32,000 nucleotides of DNA from Nostoc sp. PCC 7120 = FACHB-418 (GCF_000009705.1 NC_003272.1:1920001-1952000), one strand, 5' to 3'. Positions 17,534 through 27,000 are shown, numbered from the stretch's first letter. Numbers and translations: made by a program. Notes: generated by a model from the sequence alone, not told the origin.

Positions 17534-18031
17534 TTAGCAATTTTGTCCTGACTGTTCACAAGCACCAATACTTACCCAAGTGCTAGAACCATCTTGCCAA
17601 TGTTCTTTTTTCCAAATGGGGGCGTTATGTTTCAGGGTATCAATTGCATAGCGACAGGCTGCAAATGCCTCACTACGATGGGGACAACCTATGGCTACTA
17701 AAACGCTGATTTGTCCTACCTGCAAACGCCCAATACGATGATGAATCACTACCCGATTGACAGCAGGCCAAGCCGAGCGAATGTCTGCCGCTATTTGATA
17801 AAATACACGCAATGCCATTGGTTCATAAGCTTGATATTCTAAGGAAACTACAGGTTTTCCATCGGTTTGATTGCGAACCATCCCACTCATTACTACCACC
17901 GCACCATTAGCCGAGTCATCGGCTAGAGCATGAATTTCTTCTAGAGATAAAGGTGCGAAAGTGATAGCAAAACTATCTTCAATTTTGGGTTTGAGCGTAA
18001 CAATGGGTGTAGATGGCAGCACTGATTTCAT
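17534..18031 (-). CDS. moaE: Molybdopterin synthase catalytic subunit MoaE
   Basis: MoaE hallmarks are present: GAVVVMSGMVRN..., LEYQAYEPMA, HHRIGRLQVGQISVLVAIGCPHRSEAFAACRYAIDTLKHNAPIWKKEHW. The track starts at a TTG (18046); the ATG at 18031 (MKSVLPST...) is the more likely start. Confidence 0.92.
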   Translation of the reverse strand: MKSVLPSTPIVTLKPKIEDSFAITFAPLSLEEIHALADDSANGAVVVMSGMVRNQTDGKPVVSLEYQAYEPMALRVFYQIAADIRSAWPAVNRVVIHHRIGRLQVGQISVLVAIGCPHRSEAFAACRYAIDTLKHNAPIWKKEHWQDGSSTWVSIGACEQSGQNC

Positions 18032-18086
18032 AGTCCTAGATATCAACTGAATATATAATTATTTATTACTATTATTAATTAACATA

Positions 18087-18204
18087 GGACTTACGCACTG
18101 AGGTTGTCTGTTGAGACTGGGTGTAAGGGTGTAAGGGTTTTAAACATTTATACCCCTATACCCTTGTCCAAACCCTTAATTTTTCGTTTTCATGCGTCAA
18201 GTCC
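18087..18204. repeat. MITE-like palindromic dispersed element, copy A
   Basis: Terminal inverted repeats GGACTTACGCA ... TGCGTCAAGTCC. The left arm has the 8-mer GTAAGGGT x2 and the right arm has complementary ATACCCCT/ATACCCTT units. Collinear with 23929-24060 (shared core AGGTTGTCTGTTGAGACTGGGTGTA... and ...TTCGTTTTCATGCGT). Confidence 0.7.
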
Positions 18205-18253
18205 AATTAGCAATTACCCAACTCTACAAATAATATAAGCCTAGCAACAAGAA

Positions 18254-19762
18254 TTAATTCTTATGCTGGACTGCATTAATTGTTTGTAATAATTGGTAAG
18301 CGGTGTATGGCTTCGATAAAAATGCTTGGATACCCATATTATAAGCTGTGTTGACTTTATCATGAGCCGCCAAGCCACTGACAGCAATGATTTTTACATG
18401 AGGATTAATTTTTTGCAATGTCCGAATAGTTGTTAAGCCATCCATAGAGGGCATTACCATATCTGTCAACACCAAAGATATTTCGTCTCGGTGTTCTGCA
18501 TATAAGGCGATCGCTTCAATTCCATCACTAGCTGTAATTGCTTTATAATTATGAGACTCTAGAGATGTTTTCGTAATATCTCTAATAGCAGCTTCATCAT
18601 CGACAACTAAGATTAACTCTCCATTTCCTGGAGGTAATTCCAACTCTGCTTCTTCTAAAAGCTCTTTGGTATCCTGAGCAGGTAAATACACTTTAAACTG
18701 GCTGCCTTCGCCCTCTTCCGTATATACATTAATAAAACCCCCGTGACTTTTAATAATGCCGAGTACGGTTGAAAGTCCTAATCCCGTGCCTTTACCCAAT
18801 TCTTTCGTGGTAAAGAATGGCTCAAATATCCGATCTAATATGTCTGAAGGAATACCAATTCCCGTATCAGTAACTGTAACTACTACATAGGGGCCGACTT
18901 TGGCATCTATATTCATTTTGGCATAATTTTCATCTATCGAGAAGTTTTCCGCCGTGATTTTCAACGTACCGCCCTTGGGCATCGCATCACGGGCATTAAC
19001 ACACAAATTCATCAGTACTTGATGTAACTGGGTAGCATCACCAGAAACAGTCCAAAGATTCTGAGAAATGTGCGCCACCAAATCAATTGATTTGGGAAAT
19101 GTTTCTTTAATAATTTGCTGAATTTCTCCCACTAGGTGCTTCAATTGCAATAAGGTGCGTTCACCTTCAAGACCGCGAGTAAATGATAATACTTGTTTAA
19201 CTAAGTTAGCCCCGCGTTTAGCGTTAGTAATCAATATTGGCAATAGTCGCCGAGAACGTTCATCTTTGATTTGTGATTCTAAAAGTTGTGCTGTCATCAA
19301 AATAGGAGCCAGAACATTATTGAGATCATGGGCAATACCACTTGCAAGAGTGCCAATACTCTCTAATCGTTGAGCGCGAAGAAATTGAGCTTCTAATTGC
19401 TTTTTTTGGGTGATTTCTGTGTTGACGATGAGTATACATTGGGATTTATTCCCAAACTCATGTACTAATGTCCAACGGCTTTCAACAATAATTTCTTTAC
19501 CAGATTTTGTGGTTTGATGTAATTCTCCCTTCCATGAACCTTTTTGCTGTAGAGTCTCCAGTGCTTTTTGCAATAAGGCTAAGTTTTTGTCTTGCCAGAG
19601 ATTTTGAGTTTTGTTGTCAATTGCTTCTGCTTTTTGCCAACCGTAAAGCCTTGCTGCTGCTTCGTTCCAAAATAAAACTTGCCCATCTAAATCTTGTACA
19701 AAAATGGCATCATTGGCAATATCCAGCAGCGCTGCTTGTTCACGGATTTTTTTTCTGTTTGT
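18254..19762 (-). CDS. Hybrid sensor histidine kinase, PAS-HisKA-HATPase_c-REC portion (downstream part of a frameshifted REC-PAS-HK-REC gene)
   Basis: H-box SGIAHDLNNVLAPI, N-box LMNLCVNARDAMP, G-boxes DTGIGIP and GKGTGLGLS, C-terminal receiver LILVVDDEAAIRD...VLTDMVMPSMDG. The frame is open upstream of the track start (TTG 19573) up to 19762. That extension encodes a PAS N-terminus: IREQAALLDIANDAIFVQDLDGQVLFWNEAAARLYGW. Confidence 0.85.
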   Translation of the reverse strand, partial: TNRKKIREQAALLDIANDAIFVQDLDGQVLFWNEAAARLYGWQKAEAIDNKTQNLWQDKNLALLQKALETLQQKGSWKGELHQTTKSGKEIIVESRWTLVHEFGNKSQCILIVNTEITQKKQLEAQFLRAQRLESIGTLASGIAHDLNNVLAPILMTAQLLESQIKDERSRRLLPILITNAKRGANLVKQVLSFTRGLEGERTLLQLKHLVGEIQQIIKETFPKSIDLVAHISQNLWTVSGDATQLHQVLMNLCVNARDAMPKGGTLKITAENFSIDENYAKMNIDAKVGPYVVVTVTDTGIGIPSDILDRIFEPFFTTKELGKGTGLGLSTVLGIIKSHGGFINVYTEEGEGSQFKVYLPAQDTKELLEEAELELPPGNGELILVVDDEAAIRDITKTSLESHNYKAITASDGIEAIALYAEHRDEISLVLTDMVMPSMDGLTTIRTLQKINPHVKIIAVSGLAAHDKVNTAYNMGIQAFLSKPYTAYQLLQTINAVQHKN

Positions 19763-20145
19763 TTACGCTCAATGGCATAGAGAATAGAACGTTCTAGGAG
19801 AGGTGCATTCAGTTGGTTCTTTTCTAGATAATCTACCGCTCCGGCTTTCATGGCTTCTATATCTATTTCTCCGTCTCCTTGACCTGTGAGCAAAATTATC
19901 GGAGAGGTGCAGCCATCGGCAATTGCTTCGCGTAACAGTTCTAGTCCACTGCGGGAGCCTAAACGATAGTCTACTAAATATATATCATGCTGATTTTTGG
20001 CGATCGCTACTTTTGCCGCTTCATAATTATCTACCCATTCTAACTTGCAGTTAGCTACCCGAAATTCACTGAACCAATTACAAGTTAAGATGTAATCACT
20101 TTCGCCATCATCAACCAACAGCACTCTGACTAAACTTTGGCTCAT
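19687..20145 (-). CDS. N-terminal receiver (REC) domain of the same hybrid kinase, separated by a frameshift at an A8 run
   Basis: VRVLLVDDGESDY...DIYLVDYRLGSRSGLELL...ILLTGQGDGEIDIEAMKAGAVDYLEK is a complete CheY-like receiver. After the A8 tract (19747-19754) the ORF ends in 22 codons of out-of-frame sequence. Confidence 0.8.
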   Translation of the reverse strand: MSQSLVRVLLVDDGESDYILTCNWFSEFRVANCKLEWVDNYEAAKVAIAKNQHDIYLVDYRLGSRSGLELLREAIADGCTSPIILLTGQGDGEIDIEAMKAGAVDYLEKNQLNAPLLERSILYAIERKQTEKKSVNKQRCWILPMMPFLYKI

Positions 20146-21107
20146 CCCTGACTCCTGCGTCTCTTATTAGCAGTTACACAACTCCAAACCAGTATTTTCT
20201 ATTGCCTTCGTAGCTGTAACTAAAAAACCAAAAGTAACTGGCTAGATGAAGGCGTTTATACCTAAATATTAGGAATGATATATATATTCTTCTCTACTTA
20301 GATATGCTCAGGAAAATCATCCGGATTAGGTTTTTCGCAAAAATTGACCAGCCATACCTCGTTATTTTGATTATCATTATTACTAATAAACTCGGTCACG
20401 GTTCTTTGCCACACCTCCACTGCAAGGGATTTTATTGTATTTTTTATGACTCAGGATAAGATAATTAACCTCAACAAATTAATGTGTATAGTTTTACTAT
20501 AAAGCTTATTTTTAGGTCTGTTAGTAATCCCTCTCTAGAAATAGAATTTCCAAATAATAATCAAGCAATACTATAACAATTAAAGCTTTCAGCTACTTTT
20601 AATACTCATTTGTAGATAAACTCTTATCTAAACGCTAGGCAGTAGCTATGAAAAACGAAGGGATGCCTGTAAGAACAAGCACCCCAATCGTGGAAGATGA
20701 AATAAGTAGTACCAACCCTCATCTAAAACTAGCGAATTATAGCTGTTGACTGTTGACAGACTGGAAAGCTTTTTATTGTCAGGGTTTTACCTTAGCTTGG
20801 TGTCCTAATATATCTGGCTACAGCCATATCATGAGAAAATCTCTGCGTGCCTTGGCGCTAACCCCAGCGTTACTCTGCGTTAAAAAGCTAAATATTTTAA
20901 GTAAGTCGGTGCAATAAAACCAAACTATGTGAAGAAAAGTAAATAAGGCTCAAATTCTTTCTCCCCCTGCTCCCTGCCTTATTCCAACAATAATTATTTA
21001 CACTGACCTACTTAGATCCCCCTAAATCCACGCCACTCGCTACAAGGGGGAGCTAGAGGGATTAGTAAGTGCTTAAAATGACAACCAAAAACTTTTCAAG
21101 CAATCTC

Positions 21108-22274
21108 TTAACGTTCAACGCTTAGAAGTGAACGGTTATATTTATTCTGTTTGCTTAAACTCAGGAAAAATAAAACAAAAATAACCATCATTAGCATAAA
21201 AATATATTGCGTTCCGAGCAACGTCATCACTATTGCCGATAAAATTGGCCCAGCCGTACATCCCGCACTATAAATGGAGGTAAATAAAGCACTGCCAGAG
21301 GATAATTCATCAACTGCCAGTCTTGACCCAATTAAAGCCAAGGACAAGGGAAAAACAGGACTCATTCCTACACCAGAAATAAAAGCGAAGAAAGGTGTGA
21401 TATTAGGATCGTCTATAAAAGATAGACCAATAACCGAAACAATCACGACAATCACACTACACCTCAACGCTTTAACTTTACCTATGCGATCAGCTAAATG
21501 AGTTACCGGAATTGTTGATATTAATCCTCCTAAAATAAACAACCCAAAAATATAACCAATGCGCTCAACGCCATAATTTTGTTCTAGTAAATAGAGAGGA
21601 TAAAGAGATACTAATGTAGCGACACTAAACCCATAGGCAAAGGAACCATGCAATGGAAGCCTAAGCTTTTTAATAATCTGAAAGCGGGGGATTTGAAACT
21701 TAATCTCTTTTTCTGGTAGTCCTAAATATACGACAATAATGCCACTCAAAATTAATCCACTACCTAAGAGGAATGTTGTTTTAGGGGAAGCATTGTAAAA
21801 AGCTGCTCCCATGACTGGCCCAATTCCAAATCCTAAGCTAAAACATAAAGCATCTAACCCATTAACAATGCCCCGATTTTTATCATTACAGAAATAGTTG
21901 ATAGCAGTTTGTCCAGAGATGAGATATAAACAACAAGCTAAACCCATCACGGCACGTATCAAAAACCAAGCAGACAATTGGGTTGTGAAGGGAAATAAAG
22001 GTGCAGTTATTCCCATGAGCAAAAACCCTAACATCATGGTTTTACGCAAACCTATCTGACGGAGAATTTTGGTAACTAATGGGGTGCCAATAGCAATGAT
22101 AAAAAAGTAGAGTGTAGAGTTAGCACCAATGACAATATCATTGATGTTATTTTGTTTCATTAGGGTGGAAATAAATGGATTAAATAACCCTAAAGAGATT
22201 CCTGATAAAAATGCCACAATATAAAGGGCTGGCAGTCCAGGAGCAAAAGGAGAATCGATTGTTTTATTAGTCAT
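21108..22274 (-). CDS. MFS transporter
   Basis: 388-aa ORF with ~12 hydrophobic helices. MFS-type loop motif between TM2 and TM3 (KILRQIGLRKTMMLG). Located immediately downstream of the PfaD-like gene on the same strand (39-bp gap). Confidence 0.85.
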   Translation of the reverse strand: MTNKTIDSPFAPGLPALYIVAFLSGISLGLFNPFISTLMKQNNINDIVIGANSTLYFFIIAIGTPLVTKILRQIGLRKTMMLGFLLMGITAPLFPFTTQLSAWFLIRAVMGLACCLYLISGQTAINYFCNDKNRGIVNGLDALCFSLGFGIGPVMGAAFYNASPKTTFLLGSGLILSGIIVVYLGLPEKEIKFQIPRFQIIKKLRLPLHGSFAYGFSVATLVSLYPLYLLEQNYGVERIGYIFGLFILGGLISTIPVTHLADRIGKVKALRCSVIVVIVSVIGLSFIDDPNITPFFAFISGVGMSPVFPLSLALIGSRLAVDELSSGSALFTSIYSAGCTAGPILSAIVMTLLGTQYIFMLMMVIFVLFFLSLSKQNKYNRSLLSVER

Positions 22275-22313
22275 AAATCCCTTGTTAATATGTGTGCATT
22301 ATTGAGCTAGAAG

Positions 22314-23891
22314 CTAAATATTGAATGGACTGTAATAACAGTATTGAGATGGCAGATTAAGACCTTGTAATTTCAAATTTTGTAGACGATATAAATAGGC
22401 AGCACCTTGCATAATATGTGTGGCTACGTCAACAACTGTGCGATTTTCAGGCAATTCTAAATAGGAACCTTTCACCCATTCATTAAAGGAACCCATTGCG
22501 GGGCCGCACCAGATTTGATAATCCATTTTGCGCTGCTCATCTCCACTAGTTGACCAACGAGAAGATAATCCTAAATACCAGCGAAAAATCAGAGCCATTT
22601 TCCGTTTAGGGTTGTTATTAGCTCGTGCAATTTGTTCAGGATCTCGTTGGGAAAAATAAGCAACGGTCTCATCCCAAACTTGATCTAAATTTTTGCGGAA
22701 AATTTGTGTTTCTAGAGTTTGACGTATCTCTGGGGGAATCTCTTCAATTCCTCCATAAGTTTTATAAAGGTCATACAATTTTTGCGCGCGCATGGGGAAC
22801 AAACTACCCCGTTTAAGTAGTTGTACCTTCACCCCCATTTCAAACATATCAGCGCAGGGTGCCATCACCATATCAGCCATGCTTGCTTGGGCTAATAATT
22901 GTTTGGTATGGTCAGAGGTTCCAGCTTCTATGCAACTATGGTTGATCGAACCTGTGACAATATAACTAGCCCCCATCATAAAGGCAGCTAAAGCCGCTTC
23001 CGGTGTGCCAATTCCGCCAGCCGCACCTACTCTTACGGGATGGTCATAATGGTATTGGTGTTGAATTTCATCTCGTAAGGCGATAATGCTGGGTAGCAGA
23101 CATACCAAAGAACGGTTATCAGTGTGACCCCCTGAATCAGCCTCAACGGTAATATCATCCGCCAAGGGGACTTTTTCGGCTAAAGCAGCTTGTAACGGTG
23201 TAATATATCCCCGTTCTACTAAGGATTTGAGGAATTTTAGCGGTGCAGGTTGCAGAAATTTTTGAGCTACTTCAGAGCGGGAAATTTTGGCAATGACTTT
23301 ATTGTGGGTTTGAATTTCCCCTTGAGAATTTAGGTGTAGCCCGGCTGCACGATAGCGGACAATATGAGGGGTTAAATCCATGTAAGCTGAGGCTTCTACT
23401 GTCCTCACCCCATGTTTGAGGTAAAGTTCCACAGCCCCTTGCTCTAGGGCTTCTTCTGAGGGGCTATGAATCAAATTGAAGGCATAAGGGCCAGTAGGCA
23501 GGGCTTGTTGAATTTGGAAAATAGCTTTTTCTACCCGTTGCGGTACTAATCCTGCTGACCCGAAACTGGCTAAAAATCCGGCTTTTCCCAAGGCAATGAC
23601 TAGGGTTTCCGAGGCAATACCCCCCGCCATCGCGCCAGCCGCATAGGCGTAGTTAACTCCATGAAAATCAAGAAAACTGCGATCGCCCAATTTTTGGGGT
23701 AAGATGGCATTCACCATCATTTGTGCTTGTATGCCTTCAATAGGTTGATGGGATACTCCTACTTGATTATTTTTCAGAAATACATAACAAGGTTGATGTA
23801 AGTTCAGCAATTTTTGTTGAATACTTTCATGATCGAAAGCAATAGAATCTGGAGGATTCAGGGTGGCGATGGATGTACCTTGAGTGAGCAT
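22314..23891 (-). CDS. pfaD: PfaD-family enoyl reductase (FMN-dependent, 2-nitropropane-dioxygenase-like) of a PUFA-synthase-like system
   Basis: Blocks match PfaD/trans-ER proteins: FLDFHGVNYAYAAGAMAGGIASETLVIALGKAGFLASFGSAGL, VEASAYMDLTP, ITVEADSGGHTDN, VGAAGGIGTPEAALAAFMMGASYIVTGSINHSC. The likely start is the ATG at 23891 (MLTQGTS...). The 38 extra N-terminal codons in the track ORF (to 24005) are read out of the MITE-like element. Confidence 0.9.
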   Translation of the reverse strand: MLTQGTSIATLNPPDSIAFDHESIQQKLLNLHQPCYVFLKNNQVGVSHQPIEGIQAQMMVNAILPQKLGDRSFLDFHGVNYAYAAGAMAGGIASETLVIALGKAGFLASFGSAGLVPQRVEKAIFQIQQALPTGPYAFNLIHSPSEEALEQGAVELYLKHGVRTVEASAYMDLTPHIVRYRAAGLHLNSQGEIQTHNKVIAKISRSEVAQKFLQPAPLKFLKSLVERGYITPLQAALAEKVPLADDITVEADSGGHTDNRSLVCLLPSIIALRDEIQHQYHYDHPVRVGAAGGIGTPEAALAAFMMGASYIVTGSINHSCIEAGTSDHTKQLLAQASMADMVMAPCADMFEMGVKVQLLKRGSLFPMRAQKLYDLYKTYGGIEEIPPEIRQTLETQIFRKNLDQVWDETVAYFSQRDPEQIARANNNPKRKMALIFRWYLGLSSRWSTSGDEQRKMDYQIWCGPAMGSFNEWVKGSYLELPENRTVVDVATHIMQGAAYLYRLQNLKLQGLNLPSQYCYYSPFNI

Positions 23892-23928
23892 TTTTGGTAA
23901 CCTCAAATAATAATTGAATGGGTATTGC

Positions 23929-24060
23929 GGACTTACGTATCCAGGTTGTCTGTTGAGACTGGGTGTAGGGGTGTGAGGGTGTAAGGGTGTGATGGTTGCA
24001 AACATTTATTTATACCCCTGTACCCCTATACCCTTAATCTTTCGTTTTCATGCGTAAATC
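23929..24060. repeat. MITE-like palindromic dispersed element, copy B (between two Pfa-like genes)
   Basis: Same element and orientation as 18087-18204: GGACTTACGTA...AGGTTGTCTGTTGAGACTGGGTGTAGGGGTGTGAGGGTGTAAGGGTGTGATGG...TATACCCCTGTACCCCTATACCCTTAATCTTTCGTTTTCATGCGTAAATC. It has four left-arm 8-mer units instead of two and three right-arm units. Its last bases overlap the stop codon at 24059-24061. Confidence 0.7.
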
Positions 24061-27000
24061 ATGCTTCTACTAAGCACAAAGCAATATCTTTAATTTCATA
24101 AATTCTTAAGTCTTCTTTCCAGAGGCTGGCATCAGCAATAATTGTGATGCGCTCAGATTCGACTTCAATCTTAGAAATATGAACCTCTAAAGACATTAAG
24201 TGATTTTCTGGCGTAATTTGTCCCCGATATTTCCAAGTTATTTCATGATTAATAGCTTGACCAAATCGAGGATTTCTGAATGATTTGCCTAAGTCTAACT
24301 GCAAAGCATAGGCCTGCATAGCTTGGATAATTGATTCGACTCCCAAGGCTCCAGGCATGACCGGGTCTTGATAAAAATGGAAGGGGAAATACCAATCTTG
24401 AGGGGTAATTGATTTTCTGGCATATATGTACCCTTTTTGATAGTTTCCACCACCTTCAATTATGAGCATTTCATCCAGAAAATCTAAATATTTTTCCGAG
24501 AGGCGATAATGGGGTTTATTCGGATTAATTTGATAGAGTTTCTGCCGCCAATTGGGGTCTTTTAAGAGAATTGTTGTTAAATTCAAAGCGGAGGTTTCAT
24601 GTTCTTGATACCAAGGTTTCAGGCGTTTTCCTCCGTCTAACCCCACTTGATTGGCTAAGACGGCAGTGCTAAAGTCACCAAAGACCATATTGCCGCGATA
24701 AAATGGTTCTCCCTCACAGGATAATTCAAACTCATATTTTTGAATTATTGCCCCTTTAATGGCAGTCGTAGATAGAAGACGGACTTTATCAGTAATAGTT
24801 TTATTTCTGAGGTCAATTTCTTTAAGAATTTTTCCCTGCCCATCTAAATTGCGAAAATGCAGATCGTCATCAGGAGATAATAAGGTTGCCCCCATATAAA
24901 CCCCTAAAAAAATGCAAGGTTGTCCAGCAATTTCAATGTAGGTGCAGTAGGGTAAATTGGGGTAAGCATTATGTTCGTAAAACCAAGCATCAGGTTTTAC
25001 GTCATATTCTGTAATTATTTGTGAATTTTTTTGCAGTTCATGACGCTTGCCTTCTACTTCTAAAACCCGACTAACTAACTGAAACTCTCCATTAGGTAGG
25101 CGAACAGATTGGCGATTTTCATATATATCAAATTCTGAACCAAGACAAGCAGAAACTGAGCCTTTGGCGAATTGTTTTAGTTGTTCTTCATTGAATAAAA
25201 CGGGTTGATGATTAAGCTCAGTGATAGAATTTTTGATGGCAAGTGGTTTTTCAACAAGCTGAACACCAATATTTTTAATAGTAGCAATGGTTTTTCCGCC
25301 AAAAATAACATCCACATTAGCCACAGCATATGGTTGAGGAGAGAGTCCAAGTTCTAATACCTCCATTTGATACATTAATGTGCCTGTTTGGGGGGTAACT
25401 TGTCCTCGAAAACGTGCTGCTTGAGTTTTGCCAGGAATGATTTGAAAACGAGCATCTTTGGTTCGAGTTTGTAACCCTAAAAATAAACAATAAAACTGCA
25501 CTAATTGGATACATCCTTCAATCATTAAATTCCCTGGCATGGTGGGATCATTCCGAAAATGACAGAAGTAATACCAATCTTCCGGTGTGACTTCTTTTGA
25601 CCCAATGGCTAATCCTAGTCCGGCTACTCCTCCCTGTGGATTAACCATCATCACGTTATCTAACATGAGTAGTTTTGCTGGTGGTAATCTTAAGGATGGA
25701 TTTATGGAATTTTGTTGGTATCTTTCCCCAAAACACTTGACTAAATCACCCAGAGTTAAAGCAAGAATATCTTCTGATGTGAAATTTGATTTAGAACAAG
25801 TTAGTAGAGGTGTAAACTGTTGTTTTGTAATTCGCTGACGTTCTCTTGCTTCACTTTCGGAAACAACAATTCCTTGTCCTTGTTCTAATTCTTCATCAGA
25901 AAAGAGTCCTGCACAGCCGTCATGGAGTTTCATCCACACTTGATCACCAATTAAGGCTTCTCCTTGGAAAAAGATGAGTAAACTTTTTTCAGTTTTCACA
26001 GAAGAAGTAATCTTGACTCGACACTTCAATGTTTTTATGGCTTCTGGCTGTTCAAAGAGGAAGGTTGCTGATAAATCTAATAAGCGGAAAGAGCGTTTAC
26101 CTTGATTTTCAAAATCCGTCCCTAAATAACTTAATAACATCAACAGTCCGTGACCAGTTTCTTTACAGATGCCAACAGTTAATTGACCATCAATTGTATA
26201 CCAAGCATCTGGGGGAATATCATATTCTGTTTCAATAAATCCTGATTTATAATTTCCTAGTTTTCCTTCTAATTGAGTTACACGGCTGACAAATAAAAAG
26301 GGAGGCGAAGGCATTCTTACACGTCTAGTATAGCTGTCAATTTCTTGATAGTTTTCGCCAAAAACCTTTGATACTTTTCCTTCAATAAACTCTAAAATAT
26401 CATCTTCATTAAATAGACAAGGAAGAGAAGCTACCGAAGTTGGAACTGTTTCCTTGAGGGTTGTAATTTGGGTTGGTGTTTCCTGGGGAAGATAGAGGGG
26501 TGATAAATCCAGGTCTACTTTATGGCTCACCAATTGGGCTAACATTTTGACAATGGTAGCCAAATCATCTGCACCTCGACGATTAACGCACATAGCGAGG
26601 TGATCTTGTGTCTGGAGAGTTTCTGTAATCCAACGGGAACAGCTACCGCCTGATCCTAACTCTAGGAAAATTCTGACCCCATCTTGATAAGCACGATCGA
26701 TTAAACGTGGAAATTCCAAGGGTTGACAGACTCCTTGTGATAAGTTTTGAGCGATCGCCAACTGTTCTAGAGGAATTGGTTGATAATTAGCAGAGGAGTA
26801 AAATACTGTGTCCGGTGGTGTTCCCATATTGACAGTGTTCAGCTGCATAAATGCGGCAAATTCCGACTGCATAGCTTCACAGTGCAGCACCATATCCGAC
26901 GGAGAACGAAAAGCATCACATTGTAAGCGTTCAATCACCCGTAAACAGCCTTGGGGGTCGCCAGCAATCACCACTTCTTGGGGTGCATTAACATGGGTAA

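Noticed and set aside
23892-24005. N-terminal 38 codons of track ORF 22314..24005
   Set aside because: They are translated from the MITE-like repeat (TPLHPHTPTPS...). PfaD-like similarity begins after the internal ATG at 23891.
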